Shown: piece by piece, positions 25,871 to 40,592 of the stretch | Numbering within the stretch: the first letter of the stretch is position 1 | Layout: every line of letters begins with the position of its first letter | Assembly (NCBI RefSeq): GCF_001194135.2 | Contig: NC_068981.1 | Location: forward strand, 98,502,933-98,566,932 | From: Octopus bimaculoides | Taxonomy: Eukaryota | Direction: 5' to 3' | Length of the DNA: 64,000 bases | Notes under the pieces: model-generated | Seen by the model: the letters and a program-made list of their open reading frames with translations, nothing else | The model's database searches: none | What the model was told of the DNA's origin: nothing | Program-made: the position numbers and the translations under genes

Positions 25871-28800
25871 CTATGCCTATTAAATTATAAATAAATCTAA
25901 AATAAATTTTTTTACTTAATAATATATCAATACTATTATTACACAGATATTGAATTCATAATTATTTTATGTAAACCATTAAAAAATTAAACTTACTTCA
26001 CAACTTCTCTATCTATCAATCTATCCATCTATCCATCTATCTATCTTCTCCACCCTCTATTCTTCACTCACTATTCCTGGGAGGGTTGTTGGAGTAGAGA
26101 CCCCAGACACTTCTTCCACAGGGTCCTATTATTAGGCTTTCTCAAATATGACCAACTGAGACTATGGGTATCCAACCATTTCATTCTTGGACTACACTTA
26201 GGTGTCCTACAACAACTTTAATCCTTTTGATACCAACTGCCCTTTGTTTTATGAAACAAATTTCCCTGTTTTAACCCTTTAGCATTTAAACTGGCCATAT
26301 CCAGCCAAAATATTATTCCTGTTTTATGTTCAAACAGGCCAGATATAGCCTCTCACACCTACCCTCCAATGTCAGTCTAAAAAATATAGTCACATAATCA
26401 AAATCTTGAGGCTACAAGAAAATGCAGGAAAAATTCAAAACGGGGGTAGTAGAGAAAACTGCCTATGGAGCAGAGACTGGAGTATCTGTTAGTGATTGAA
26501 TGCTAATCAGTCAAGTGCCTGCCCACCAATCCCTCAAAAATCCTAGTTATGGCATGCATAACAAACTAAACTATTACCATAACTATCATTATTTAAAACC
26601 CTACATTAATATGGTTGTTGTTGTTGTTCAATAGTCCTGTTCATTGCTGTGTCATTGCAGTTGTTTCCTGTTGCAGCAACTCGTGTCTGAAAACCCAGTT
26701 TCATCTTTCACTTAGAAACTATTTCATTGTTCTACTGCTGCTGCTGCTGTTGTTGTTGTTGTTGTTGCTTGTAGCACGCCATACTTGCTACTGTATAGGC
26801 TGAGACAAGCATAGATTCTGTGGAATTTAAATGGACTTTCTGCCAGTTTCAACAATAAATAATATCCCAGTTGTTTGATCAACAGAGTGACCTGTTCATT
26901 GAATTGCAGTATAAACAACTAAACATCTATGGACATGTATACTTTCAACATAATCCTCACCACCATCATTATTTAACATCCACCTTCCATGCTGACAGGG
27001 TTTAGATAGTTTGACAGGAGCTACTGAACCAGAAGACTGCAAAAAGCTCAACTGTCTGTTCTGGCATGGTTTCTATGGATGGAAGTCTTCCTAATGCCAA
27101 CCACTCTACAAAGTGAGTGCTTTTAACACTAGCACCAGTGAGGTCACCAAGTGCCTTGCAAGGCAAAACCCCTTAACTAAGAAGGAGTAGTATTGAGGGA
27201 GATGGCTTTGTGCCAGGTAACAAAAAGTATGGTAGAGGGACAGAAATGGGTGTCTTTCTCCAGAGGAGATAAGTGGCTACACCTGTTGAAAAAGAGATTA
27301 GGGAGAGAGAAGGGGAGAGAGAGAGGGGGGAGAGAGAGAAGACAGTGGTGACAATGTGTTGGGCATATCCTCAAATTGCAGAGAGGTGCATATAAGTGAA
27401 GTGGTGCAGATGATAGGAAGGGGTGATTGGGCAGGTAAGTTCATAAGAGCGTGAAAGGAAAGAAGGGATGGAGGGGAGGTGAATGTAGTGAGTGAACATA
27501 AGTGGAGGGAGTGGGTGTAGGGATATGTTGTGGGGAATTGATTTGTCAGGGACAAATTGCGTGCAAGGACATAGACATACACAACATGCCTTTAGGGCCT
27601 CATTTTTACTGAGATGAATGGGTTTTCTCAAGCACAGTCCTCATCACGGTCCTTTGTCATCACCTCTGTGAAGCTCAACATGTTATTTTATATGTCAAAG
27701 TTGACCCCTTTAAATTACTGATACAGCTCATCTAACAGGCTGCCACAGTTTTCATCTATCCAATTTCATTCACAAAGTTTGGGTTGATGGGTTGGCCTGA
27801 AGCTATGGTAGAAGACACTAGTCTAAAATGTCAAAAACAGGGACCAAACTCCAGCCCCCATGGTTGCAAAGGAAACTTCTTCACCTCTTGACCATGCCTA
27901 TTATTATACTACACAAATGCAGTATAATAGTGTTGACATATTATGTGGCTATCAAGGTATAGTCCTAAACAAAATAAGCAAACTTTGCAGGGTACATGAC
28001 AGAGTCCATGACAATTTAGATTTATGAGAGTCACTCTAAACTGTCACTCAGCCTGCCAGAAACAGCAGCCAAATTCTTCTCAAAACATACCCTGCCATCA
28101 TAAAAATGAATATATTGTATTATGCAGCACTGGAGTTACCTGCACAAAGGAAAAAGGCAAGACAGTCATGACTGGAATGTCTTGTTGATCATAGGCCTAT
28201 TCAATCAAGGATAACATGGGGCTTAACAATAACAACTGAAGAAAGTTGTTGACAATCTAGCACAGAATATGAGACAGTGAAATGTTTGACACCAAAGTTG
28301 TTTTGATTACATATACTTTTGTTAACTTTGGGTCAGATGAGACATATATATATATATTGTGATTTGAGAATGGTTTTAGAAGTATTATGAATATTAAGTA
28401 GGTGAGTTAGTTGTTGAGGATACAAAAGTTAGAACATAATAGTAAAATGAATTGTAATCTTTGTTAGTCTAAGTGGTTTTTCAGGTGTAATATCTTTTTT
28501 CTGTGGGTGTGGTGTATATAAACACATGTTTTGGCATTGTATTGCCTCGTAGACAAGACAAATTGTAATGAATAATTAAAATATATACATATTACAACTA
28601 TTTTGGCTACAAAATAATAGCTGTAGTTTTGAACAGGTCTGAAGTTGCAGACCCACCCAATATTATGCATGTTAGTAGTAAGAACACAGGATAGGATAAG
28701 ATAGGATAAGAAAGAAAATGGAATAGAACACATGTACACTGGTTAAATTGCTAATAGAGGTTACATGAGATTGAAGTAACCTCAGAGTAACTTGAAATTA

Positions 28801-31800
28801 AGTAGTTAGGTCAAAGTTTAGAAAATTAGACATCAGATTGCATAGTTTAGGAAAGGTACATATTCCTCTCTGAATGTTTAAACAAATTTGGTAGGGTTAA
28901 ATAGACACAATCCTTAAAATATCCACTCTCTAGTAACTGGGAGAAACTGAACATCATAAATCAATAATTTAGGACATAATTTACTAATATAAGACATTAG
29001 GTTTTCTTATATCCTGAGACCAAATAACAACAGATAAAAGACAAGACATTGTGATAGTTGTAAAGTTTATGCCTCCCCTACAGTTTTATTTATAACAGGT
29101 TTAACTAAGCTGCAGGCATGGCGTGTGATTAAGAAGTTTGCTTCTCAACCACATGGGTTTGAGTTCAGTCCTACTGCATATCTCGGGCAAGCGTTTTCTA
29201 CTAAAACCCCAAGCCAACCAAAGCTTTGTGAGTGGATTTGGCAGAGAGAAATTGAAAGAAATTTATCATATTATCATCATCATCATTTAACATTTGCTTT
29301 CCATGCTGGCATGGGTCGGACAGTTTGACATGGATCTGGCTAGCAAGGAACTGCCCAGACTCCAATTATCTGTTGTGGCATGGTTTCTACAACTGAATGC
29401 TCTTCCAAACACCAACCATTTAACAAAGTATGATGGGTGCTTTTTACATGTCACTGGCACAGGTCCATTTACACAGCACTGGCACAGGGGGCTTTTTATG
29501 TGGCACTGGCACCTGAAACAACAAGCCTGCATGTGTGGAAGACAGCAGTTTTACTTGGCATACACACACACACACACACACGCACATATATATATATTCT
29601 TTCCCCCACCAAAACTATCTATACTGATCCTGATTACTAACTAAATATAAACACTTCATCCAAATGTTAGATTTGTATTATTTAATTTCTGTCTGACAAA
29701 TTTCTAATAGGAAATTCCTTACATATCTATCAAACATGTAAAACTTTGTAATTCCTATTAGTAGATAAAACACATGTAATGGTGAATAAATAATATGGAC
29801 AAATTTCCAATTTTCTGATTTGTTATATATTTTTGCGTGTGTGCATGCGTGTGTGTGTGGGAGAGGGTGGGCGTGTTTGGGTAAGTATGTGTGAATTTGT
29901 GTCTCCTTGTCTTGACACCATGTAATAATTGTAAATGAGTATCACTGTCAGTCATTTCCAATATTCTTCTAAAACATGTTTGGCCATAGGGAAATATTTG
30001 CCTTGCTGAGAAAACAGGTAAGGGTTAGCAACAGGAAGGGCATCCAGCTGCAGAAAATTTGACCCATGCAAGCATGGAAAAGTGGACATTAACCCTTTCA
30101 GCACTGTATTTCTGTTGAAAAACATTGCCTTTGTTTCATTTAATTTTGAAAATAATGAAGAAATTAGAAAAGTAACTTTGTCATTACTAAGCTGGTGTTT
30201 GGAACATAAATTAACAGAGTCTTAATGGGTTTTAAATTAGATCATTTTAAAACAGCAAGTTTGTATCACAGAATCAGAGGTGGCCACAGGGAGTTTGGTA
30301 TCAAAAGGGTTAATTGATGATGGTGATGATAATGACTAAAATTAGTTCAGAGCAAATGTAAGTAGATTAGACAAAAGTTGTCAGGGAAAGGGGAGTTAAG
30401 AGTAGAAAAATGAAGAGTGGTAACTACCAACCTAAGTGATTAAAAGGGAGATTTTACAACCAAGTAATTAAGCAATACAACAAAACTTGCCTTGACTTGC
30501 ACATAAAAATCAGTTATTTCTTTTATATGTTTCAGCTCAAAGGCTGTGGTCATAGTGAAACACCTTCATGTGGAGAAAACCTGAATATGTGGGAAAGAAT
30601 GAATGGACAAAGAGAGATATGTTGTTAAGGTAAACACATTGTCAGCGCAATGAATTAGCATGGGGTCTCTAGATCTAGGACAATGGAGGATATCTGAAGC
30701 ATGACCTGCTAAACTAATACCACATGCTACCATCATAAATCATGTATAAAACACAGTATTTTTTGTTCTAGTTATTTAATATTTGCAATATGTTTTGTTT
30801 ATGTGTGAATGTGTTTGTACAAATAGAACAGTACTGTGACAATCATACGTCCCCCATTTGTTTTTTTCAAAGGTATGGCTATGTGGTAAAAAGTTTGCTT
30901 CCCAACCACATGGTTCTAGATTCAGTCCAACTGTATGCCACTTTTGGCAACTGTCTTCTACTACAGCCCCAGGCAAACCAAAACCTGTGTGGTAAGAAGC
31001 TTGCTTCTCAACCACATAGTTCCAATTTCAATCCCACTGCGTGACACCTTGGGCAAGTGTCTTTTACTAAAACCTCGGGCTGACCAAAGCCTTGTGAGTG
31101 GATTTGGCAAGTGGAAATTGAAAGAAACCTGTTGAATGTGTGTGTGTTTATCTGTGAATGTGTGTCTTTGTATCTGTTTGTCCCCCCACCATTGCTTGAC
31201 AACCAGTGTCGGTGTGCTCATGTTCCTGTAACTTAGCAGTTCAGCAAAGAGACCAATAGAAGAAGTATAAGGGCTTAGAAAATTAAGTCCTGGGGTTGAA
31301 TTGTTTGGCAAAAATACTTCAAGGTGGTGCTTCAGCATGGCCACAGTAAATGACTGAAACAAATAAAAGAAGTGTGTATGTGTGTGTGTGTTTTATCCTT
31401 GCCTTGAAATCGTGTGACAGCTGGAAATAAGTGTAACCATCATTCAAGCAGTGTCCTCCATTTCCAATCTTCCAAGACATGTCTAGTCATGGGGAACTAT
31501 TATCCTACATGGAAACAGGTGAGGGTTAATAACAAGGTCATTTGGTCATAGAAAATCTTCCTCAACAAATTCCATCTGACTCATGTAAGCATGGAAAAGT
31601 GGATGTTAAAATGATGATGTACCAGTAAAATAACCGAATGAATTGACTTTAATCTAGACACAAAAGCAGCTCATGAACTTAGCTTTTTTAATGAAGCTTG
31701 CCATGAACAAGAAAAAAAATTAATATATAGAGAGAGAAACTATTAAATGTTATAAGACTTTTCTATCAATTCAACAAAAGGTTAAAACTTCAACAAATGA

Positions 31801-32659
31801 CTAAGACAATAATTAAAATTCATACCAACTGTATTTCTTTTAACTTTTTGAAGTTGAAGGCTACTAATTCTTCAATGGTGAAGACGCTGGAAATATTTTT
31901 TTATTCGAGGCAAAAGAAATAAGGATGGTAATTAAAAATCATTAAAAAAAATATCTGTATCTTAATTTATTATATGTGTTTGTGTGTGTGTCTCTCTCTC
32001 TCCAGTCAAGGGACAATATCTTACTTGGAAATGATGAAATAATTGAGGGTTGATGACAGAAAGAACATCTGGTTGCAGAAAATCTGCTTTAACAAATTTC
32101 GTCAGACCCATACAAGCATAGAAAAGTGGAGGTTAAAATGATAATGATGAGAATATACATATATACATATAAATATATTCTTCCTTTTAGATCAAAAATG
32201 TTGTGTGTATAGATTGACAAATATGAGTTAAATAATACAAAGCAGATATGAAAGTAAATCTTACCAGAATATTTATGATAATTGAGAACCAAATATATTG
32301 TATTTCTTTTAATTAATTTATATTAATGCACAGTGGATGTCAAAAGTAGTAACCTTGGTCAGAGGAATATTTCTATATATACATCCAATCACTCTCACAA
32401 TAAATACAGTGGTATTTACTTATTGCTATGAGTAACAAGACAAACCAATATACTTTTAAGTAATTTCTGACCTGTTTAAACTTGTTCACTGATCAAATGA
32501 GACTTGACCTGCCCTGACTCTATTTGTAATGAAAGTTCAATGTACATACAATTACTTCTTTTAATGGCCACAAGAGCTCACATACAAAACATTAAAAGAC
32601 ATGCAACAACATAAAAAACAAAAACAGGATGATACAATGGGTTTTCACACCCACAAAAG

Positions 32660-33260
32660 CCATGGGTACCTGAAGAACAGGGCAAGAGCCCTTCTCCTTT
32701 GATTCGCTTTTTACAGGTGCAAGCTCAGAATTGGTCCTTTCTTTCTGACCATTCTTCCAGCATTCACCCACCTTTCAACAAACTTGCTACAAGGCAACAC
32801 TTCCCTCTCCACCCTCAACTTCCTTTTCAAGTTGAAACTTGAAAAGGTTGATGAGGGCTTGGCCAAAGAGGAAAGTGTCTGTCTTTAGCCCTTTCAAACA
32901 GGTCCACCATACTACCTCTTTCACTACAGCCACTAGACAAATAAAAATTGCCTGCCCCTCCCGGCCAAAAGAGGGCGGTGGGGCAATCTTCACTATGGAT
33001 TCAGCTGAAAGCCAGATCCATCCTACACATGACACCAAGTGTTCGACATAAACCCACAAGTCAGCAATACTCAGGCACTGGACTAGGACATGCAGAACGG
33101 TTTCATTGTTCTGCGTGCACCTCGGCAGGCCTGGCTGACGGCACTTCCGTGCCTGTAAAGTTTATCTTGAACAGGCAGCGCTCCTCGGTAGCACTGCCAG
33201 GATTTCTGGAAGTTATCCATAGGCCCAGGCCCGAAAGTTCTCCAAAACAGACCGGTTAGT
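32660..33260 (-). mobile_element. L1/Tx1-type LINE 3' ORF2 fragment (zf-RVT-like CCHC region)
   Basis: NFQKSWQCYRGALPVQDKL followed, after a frameshift, by C..CTQNNETVLHVLVQC..LWVYVEHL. Confidence 0.75.
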
Positions 33261-33909
33261 TGATTTTCATCGACACCCAATGTACATACAATACAAGTAA
33301 TATTTACCACCCCTGGTTATTTATAATGTATGGAGGATAATGCACAAATATAGCATTATCTACCAACCTTATTTATAATGAATGTGCAATATACATACAT
33401 CATCAACAACATCCATGTTCAATGCTAGCTTGGATTGAACAGTTTGATTGGATCCAATGGGTTTTAGTAGTCCATAAGTGTGTGTGCCTGGTAGTTGAGC
33501 GTGTGACGCTTGGCTAAATCAAATCTACAACACTGGCTGCTCAGCAAGTTCTTTCAATTATATCAGCCGAAACATTGTGTTAACAACAAACAAGATGAGG
33601 ACAAATATCCGTCAAATGTAAATAATGTACCTGCTATATCACTGACTTTTATAAAGTCAATATTAAGAGGCATTGAGCAGATCTATTCTTTTATTTTTTT
33701 ACTTGTTTCAGTCATTTGACTGCAGCCATGCTGGAGCACTGTTTCAAAGGGTTTTTTAGTCAAAGAAATTGACCTCAGGACTCATACTTTGCAAGCCTAG
33801 TACTTTTTCTATTGGTCTCTTTTGTCAAACTGCTAAGTTATGGGATGTAAACACACAAACATCAGCTGTCAAGCAATGGTGGGGAGACAAACACAGACAC
33901 AAACACAAC

Positions 33910-34790
33910 CTTGCCCTACTCCTAAGCAAATTTGAGAAGTCAAGCAGAGGCCACCGGTTCACAATTTTCCTGAAGCTCCTACACAGGTTGAAGGGAAAAA
34001 CCTAAAGTATATGAAGTCATTTACATATATTGGTAGTAAAGTGAATTCGAGCACTTCCTTTGATGATGAAATTGTCAATCGTCTTGCAAAGGCAACCAAA
34101 CATTTGGCAAACTCCGTCATCACCTTTGGAATGAAAGAGGCATTAAACTTGACACCAAAGTACAGGTTTGTAAAGCTGACATTCTTACTATTCTTTTGTA
34201 CGGCTCAGAATCATGGATATTCTATAGACGATACATTAACCAACTAAACATCTTCCACAAAGGCTGTCTCAGGACAATCTGCAGTTATTCATTAAAAGAC
34301 AGAGTTTCTAACACCGACCTGTTTAGCAAATGTAAGATTGGTGGAATCAAGAGCTTCCTTATGCAGTCGCAATTGCGCTGGGATGGCCATATCGTCAGAA
34401 TGAGTGACGAAAGAATACCCAAAGTCCTCATGTACAGCCAGCTTGATAGTGGGCGCAGGAATGTTGGTCAACCATGGCTCAGATATAAGGACAAGCTGAA
34501 GAGTAACCTTTTAGCAATGAAGATAGCTCACAACACTTTTGAGTAAATATCTTGGAGTGAACAAAATGGAGATCATTGTGTCAAAATGGTACAACTTTGT
34601 TGCCACCAGCATGAATAGGCTTAACGGTGCAAAGCAAAGGTGAAAAACGGCTGCAAATATACCACCTGCACTGACCTGTAATCCTCATACTTGCAGTATC
34701 AGTGGGTTTCTTTGCAAATCGTTGGCAGAATTTAAATGTCACATTCAACATAAGCATTGTGACTGACAAAGTAAGAGTAAGTTATCAGAC
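33910..34790 (+). mobile_element. RTE (BovB-like) LINE 3' ORF fragment inserted in a SINE B
   Basis: FTYIGS, YGSESW, QLRWDGHIVRMSDERIPK, GRRNVGQPWLRYKD; flanked by the two halves of one SINE B (33670-33905 and 34830-35235). Confidence 0.88.
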
Positions 34791-34980
34791 CCTCATCCAC
34801 CGAAACCAATGGGAGAGTCCATCATATGTACATATATATGGTGGGCTTCTTTCAGTTTCTGTCATCCAAATCCACTCATAAGGCTTTAGTCAGCCCAAGG
34901 CTAAAGTAGAAGACACTTACCCAAGGTGCCATGCAGTGGGACTGAACCCAGAACCATGTAGTTGGGAAGCAAGCTTCTTA

Positions 34981-35208
34981 TTTCATTATTACCCACAAGG
35001 GGCTAAACATAAAGGGGACAAACAAGGACAGACAAAGGGATTAAGTCGATTACATCGACCCCAGTGTGTAACTGGTACTTAATTTATCGACCCCGAAAGG
35101 ATGAAAGGCAAAGTCGACCTCGGCGGAATTTGAACTCAGAACGTAATGGCAGGCGAAATACCGCTAAGCATTTCGCCCGGCTTGCTAACGTTTCTGCCAG
35201 CTCGCCGC
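34981..35208 (-). mobile_element. SINE family A nested in the tRNA head of a SINE B
   Basis: TSD cttctta on both sides; the SINE B head resumes at 35209. Confidence 0.85.
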
Positions 35209-35818
35209 CTTCTTACCACACAGCCATGCCTGTGCTTATAGTGCAGATGTTCAAACCACAACAAAAATACACAACTAATATCGTATGTGAAAAACTAACT
35301 GATCAACATGTCCCCTTTTAAGACAGTAAGGTGTTATTTGAGGGAGATTTGACTGCTATTTCTAGCAGACTGAGCAAATATGAAGAGGCTCTCACATTGG
35401 CTCCAGACTTTTGATTTGCATACCTTTAATGAATTTGAATCTAACAGACTGATTCACCATCAGTTTATCACCTATTTCTACAGTTTCTAGTCTTTGTTTA
35501 ACTTCAGTAGAGGTAAGACATACTTCTGGCTGAGGAATTAATTATAAACAGAAAAGACATGTATCTCAAAAGGAACTACAAGCCAACACTCTCATACACT
35601 AGCATATTTATACAAAACTACAATATTTTCATTGATTTTCTGGCATGTGTATTTAATTAAGAAGGTCTAGGGAACATTATTGACTCTGGACTACATAGTA
35701 CAAGATAATTATTCAACACAGCTGTCATATGCAATTAACATGACTGTTAAAATGACAAACTAGTCAATAAGCTACCAATATATTTCGATATCATCATCAT
35801 CATTGTTGTTGTTGCTGC

Positions 35819-35853
<35 letters not shown>

Positions 35854-35854
<1 letters not shown>

Positions 35855-37370
35855 CTGTATATCTATAAAAGGCAGGATATGTGTGTGTGTGTGTATACGT
35901 GAATGTAATTTATGCACGTCCACAAATTAGCAGGCATGTCATTCCAATTTTAAGCGGACATTCGTCACAACTCTAGCTGTATTTTCATCAAATTATTTTT
36001 CCCGAGGCACCCGTGAATAGCGGTAAAAATCGATTTTCAACCATAACTTTTACCAATTTTGAAGTTTGCTAACATGAGTTAAGTCCCTTCTTGCCATAGT
36101 GAAGTAAAAATGTTTGTGTGTGTGTGTGAGGGAGAAAGTAAGTGACTGCGTTCACCAAAAATAAAAATGTAAAATGTCTTTTTTTCTTAAACACGAGATA
36201 TAGTCTTCAAATTTAGGATGTTTTTGAAAGACACTATATTTAATAATCAGATAATATATACTTTCTCAAACAACAATTAAAATATATATATTCAAAATCA
36301 CTTATTTATTTATTTNNNNNNNNNNNNNNNNNNNNNNNNNNNNNNNNNNNNNNNNNNNNNNNNNNNNNNNNNNNNNNNNNNNNNNNNNNNNNNNNNNNNN
36401 NNNNNNNNNNNNNNNNNNNNNNNAGGAAAAAAGTGCTTTGTTGAGAATACATTTATTTAACAACAAAGAAACAAAGAGGTAGGTAACAATTTGTCAGTGA
36501 ATTACGCAATATAAATGGGTATAATTTCTGAGGCTTCCACCACACCCCACCCCGTTTTTCGGACCACAAAGAAGAGTCTTGTAGCATATTAGGAAGCCAG
36601 GGTAGTTGATTCCACACAAAAAATCCGATTTTTGTTTTCTTAGTGAAAATCGTGCAAGTGTTATCTAAAAATTTGCCTGGAGATTTTCATGGTAAATTTG
36701 AGATTAAAAAAAAATGTTTTCCATATTCTTAATCTCCATATTTTCCCACATACATTGAAAAATAGATGGTGAAAAGATCAATGGGTGTGGGGTGTGAAAT
36801 TTCCGAGGCGTCCACCACACTCCACCCCATTTTTCGGACCACAAAAACGGTTTTGTAGCATATTAGGAGGCCAGGATAGTTGATTCCACACAAAAAATCC
36901 GATTTTTTTTTCTTAGTGAAAATTGTACGAGTGTTAATCTAAAAATTTACCAACCATTTTTCCATTCATTCCTATTTATGAAATTCTCTGTACGTAATTT
37001 TGCTTTCTCGGTGTCAAGGCAAATGATGACTGGCAAAGCAACTGATATTGGATACAATGACCTGATCTACAATAATGTGCTGATTGAAATCAAGGATGCC
37101 CTGCTCAAAATGGGTGGGGCGGTGTTGAACACATTCGTTTTGCCATCCTCATTGCGACAGGACGTTAACACACTCCCACCAAAGTTACTTCTGGAGTTGT
37201 CATATGATGCTGATGGCCTTGTGGAGTACCTGAGAGTAAATGAACTGAAATTGCTCCCTCATCAGAGCTGGTGTACGAAACTGTCGTCAGTACTGTTGAA
37301 AAACAGGCAGGCAGCATTTTTTTTCCTCGATGATCCTGGAGGTACCAGCAAATCCTTTGTAACACACCAG
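35854..37370 (+). mobile_element. Helitron remnant with PIF1-type helicase fragment and internal ~275-bp duplication
   Basis: 5' end A|TCTGTATATCTATAAAAGG; ORF 36978-37406 has LIEIKDALL...ELSYD...FFLDDPGGTSKSF (Walker A, cf. FFLDAPGGTGKTF); 36526-36670 repeats at 36801-36947. Confidence 0.8.
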
Positions 37371-39559
37371 TGCCCGCTGACTGGTTCCCGTGCTGGTGTT
37401 ACATAGAAAGCACTATCCGAACGCGATTGATGCCAGGCCCGCCTGACTGGCTCCTGTGCCGGTGGCACATAAAAGCACCCACTACACTCTCGGAGTGGTT
37501 GGCATTAAGAAGAGCATCCAGCTGTAGAAACATTGCAAGATCAGACTGGAGCCTGGCGCAGCTACTGGCTTTCGTAACTTCAGTCAAACCATCCAACCCA
37601 TGCCAGCATAGAAAACAGACATTAAACGATGATGATGATGTTGTTGTTGTAGCCATAGCTACATCTACTGATAAATGAAATTTATTACTACAGAAAAGTA
37701 ATCTTTTTTTACTGACAACTACTTGCCAAAGCTAAATGCATGTCAAAGTGTTTAGCATTCAAAAAACATCTTGTTCTTGGATAAGATCCTGGTCTATGGA
37801 GTTTTGGCCAAGGGAAGATTTGAGCTTAACTTTAAATCCTTAAAAAACAAAAAGTAAAACAGAAAGCAAACACTTGTCAATCATGCAGCCACTTGACACT
37901 TATAAAAAGAGAATGTACCTTTCAAGTATCTATTTATGGCTAGGTGAACTGAGCCATAAAAATCCTTTATCATTAGATCAAGACCATATCAATTTAGCCA
38001 GCTACAATTACTGATCTTTTAGCTTTTACTTATTTCAGTCAATGGGTTGTAGCCATGCTACAACACTGCCTTGAAGGATTTAGTCAAACAAATCAACCCC
38101 AGTATATATTTTTTTTATAAAGTCTAATACTTATTCTATCAGTTTCTTTTGCTGAACTGCTAAGTTACATGGAAGTATATAAATTAACACTGTTTGTCAG
38201 ATGGTAGAGGTGACAAACACAAAGACATGCACGCATGCGCGCACACACACACATTCATACACATAACTGGCTTCCACACAGTTTCTGTCTATCAAATTCA
38301 CTCACAAAGGATTGATTGGCCTGTAGTTATAGTAGAAGACACTTGCCCAAGGTGCCTGGCACTAGAACTAAACATGAAGCCATGTAGTTGGGAAGAAAGC
38401 TTTTTTTTATAGGCCTGCACCTATAAATATGTCGATTTCTAACATAGACTCAAGTATTCCCGTTTAAGGAGAGGAATGTAGACTCATATATATCAACCTC
38501 AGTTATTGACTAGTATTTACTTTATTGACTTCCAGAAGGATGAATAGCAAAGGCAACTTCAGCAGGATTTGAACTCAGAATTTCAAGGATCACAACTAAA
38601 TATATATGAAATTATGTCCAACAGCCATATTGATTACTACCCATCTAAAAATATTTTATTTCCTAGAAACTCTGTAAGCATATCTTACCAACCTTTACAG
38701 AGTTCATATGTTCAATCATGCTTATCGGACGATCTTGTGTAAACTTATTTGCACCAAATTCCTATCCACATATTTAGAAATTAGATTTGTTTTGCTCTAA
38801 TTCTGAAATAAACACAAACATATATAACTAAATCATGATTTCTATACAACATACTTTTCTCATTAACGCTTTACTTAACATCTATATTTTAACAGCTAAT
38901 ATTTCCCACTTGCTATCAATTCATATATCTTAGTTCCAAGTCCATCAACTGTTTACCATCTGATGCACAGCAGTAGCTGGTATCAGATACCATTTGTTGT
39001 CATGCATTGAAAGATGTACTCGCTGCTTTCTTTAAGGCTTTAACATACTAATATTACCATTTTTCATATCAGGTTCAAAGTGAAACAATTTCCTTTTATT
39101 TGAACCCAACTTTGATGCTAGATTAAATGCTATTCATTCTACATTAATTCATAGAAGTCAGTTGTATAGAATAGTCATGTGTGCTAGCATCTTCTGATGT
39201 TCATTCAGTTTATATACATTCCTATCTATCTACTACATAGATCAGACACCAATACGTCACTGCTATATAGCAGTCAGTTCAGTTACAGAATAGACCTCCT
39301 AGTTGCATCACAATCCATCAACATGAACCATGACAGTTTTCCACTATATAAGAATCAATTCAGTCCAATAACTGAAACAATTAAAAGAATAAAAGAACAT
39401 AATAACATTGCTCCATGAACTGAGTCTCACAGCTGTATGTGCAATCAGTCCATTCCAAAGACTAGACTTCACTGCTATATTACATTCGATCCATTCCTTC
39501 TACAACCAAGCCATAGATCAAAACCCACTACTACTCTCTTCAATAAACAGAAGCTATTA

Positions 39560-39820
39560 ATATCAGGTCATCCCACAAGTTCTGTCCGAATTTTGAATAA
39601 AGAAACAAGTGATCAAATGTTATATTTAATTAAAATTTAATCATCAATGTACTTTCCCTGATTATCTAAGACTTCCTTCCATCTATTTACAAGCTTTTTA
39701 ATCCCATCAATGTAAAACTACTTTGATTTCAAAGCGAAGAACACTGAAATGTCAGTTTCAACCTCCTCCTGGCTTGCGAAAGTTATGTCCCCCAAATGAT
39801 TCTGCTCAATTACAAATGTC
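39560..39820 (-). mobile_element. mariner transposase 3' fragment with TIR
   Basis: QNHLGDITFASQEEVETDISVFFALKSK*FYIDGIKKLVNRWKEVLDNQGKYIDD* is a typical mariner C-terminus; TIR-like tatcaggtcatcccacaagttctgtccga at ~39561. Confidence 0.8.
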
Positions 39821-40592
39821 CTGGGACTAAAGAACAACAACATGTTCAAGAGGCAATTTTAGAAGGATACACAATTAAGAACAAATTAGGTAAAGTATTC
39901 TGCACAAAACCTGGGCCGAGAAGAGTCATGAACAGGATGGCAAGATAAAAAGAGACAAGTGAGTAAGGTGAACTGGGTAGAGTTGGTATGCAGACAGCTA
40001 GTTTAGCCCTTTAGCATTCAGATTACTTTGTCAAATGCATTTATTTATTCACATTTTTGAAAATTAATCATGTAATACCTTGTAGCTTCAAGATTTTAAA
40101 GATGTGATGATTTATTTTTAGAATGACATTGTAGGGTAGGTGTGAGAGGCTGGATCTGGCCAGTTTGAACATAGAACAAGTAGAATATCTGGGCTGGATA
40201 TAGCCGGTTTAAATGCTAAAGGGTTAAAGAAACAAAGGTTGCTGTAGTAGCACAATAAGAGGGAGAAAGAAGAACACTAATAGATGTAGTGTGTTGGCTA
40301 GCAAATATTTGTAATCAGTTGGATGGGTTTTTTTTTTTTATTCTGTGCAATCTAGTTGTTGGCACTCCGTCGCTTACGACGTCGAGGGTTCCAGTTGATC
40401 CCATCAACGGAACAGCCTGCTCGTGAAATTAATGTGCAAGTGGCTGAGCACTCCACAGACCTGTGTACCCTTAACATAGTTNNNNNNNNNNNNNNNNNGA
40501 GAAAGAAGAACACTAATAGATGTAGTGTGTTGGCTAGCAAATATTTGTAATCAGTTGGATGGGTTTTTTTTTTTTATTCTGTGCAATCTAGT

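Noticed and set aside
26600-26920. CAA/CAG run suggesting a polyQ exon
   Set aside because: A stop follows the Q run immediately, and there are no convincing splice sites or recognisable domain.
37715-37838. Strong minus-strand acceptor at 37838 in SPRING1 intron 1 (possible poison exon)
   Set aside because: The donor is weak and such sites arise by chance in a 24-kb AT-rich intron; unsupported without RNA data. The 38692-38803 candidate is similar.
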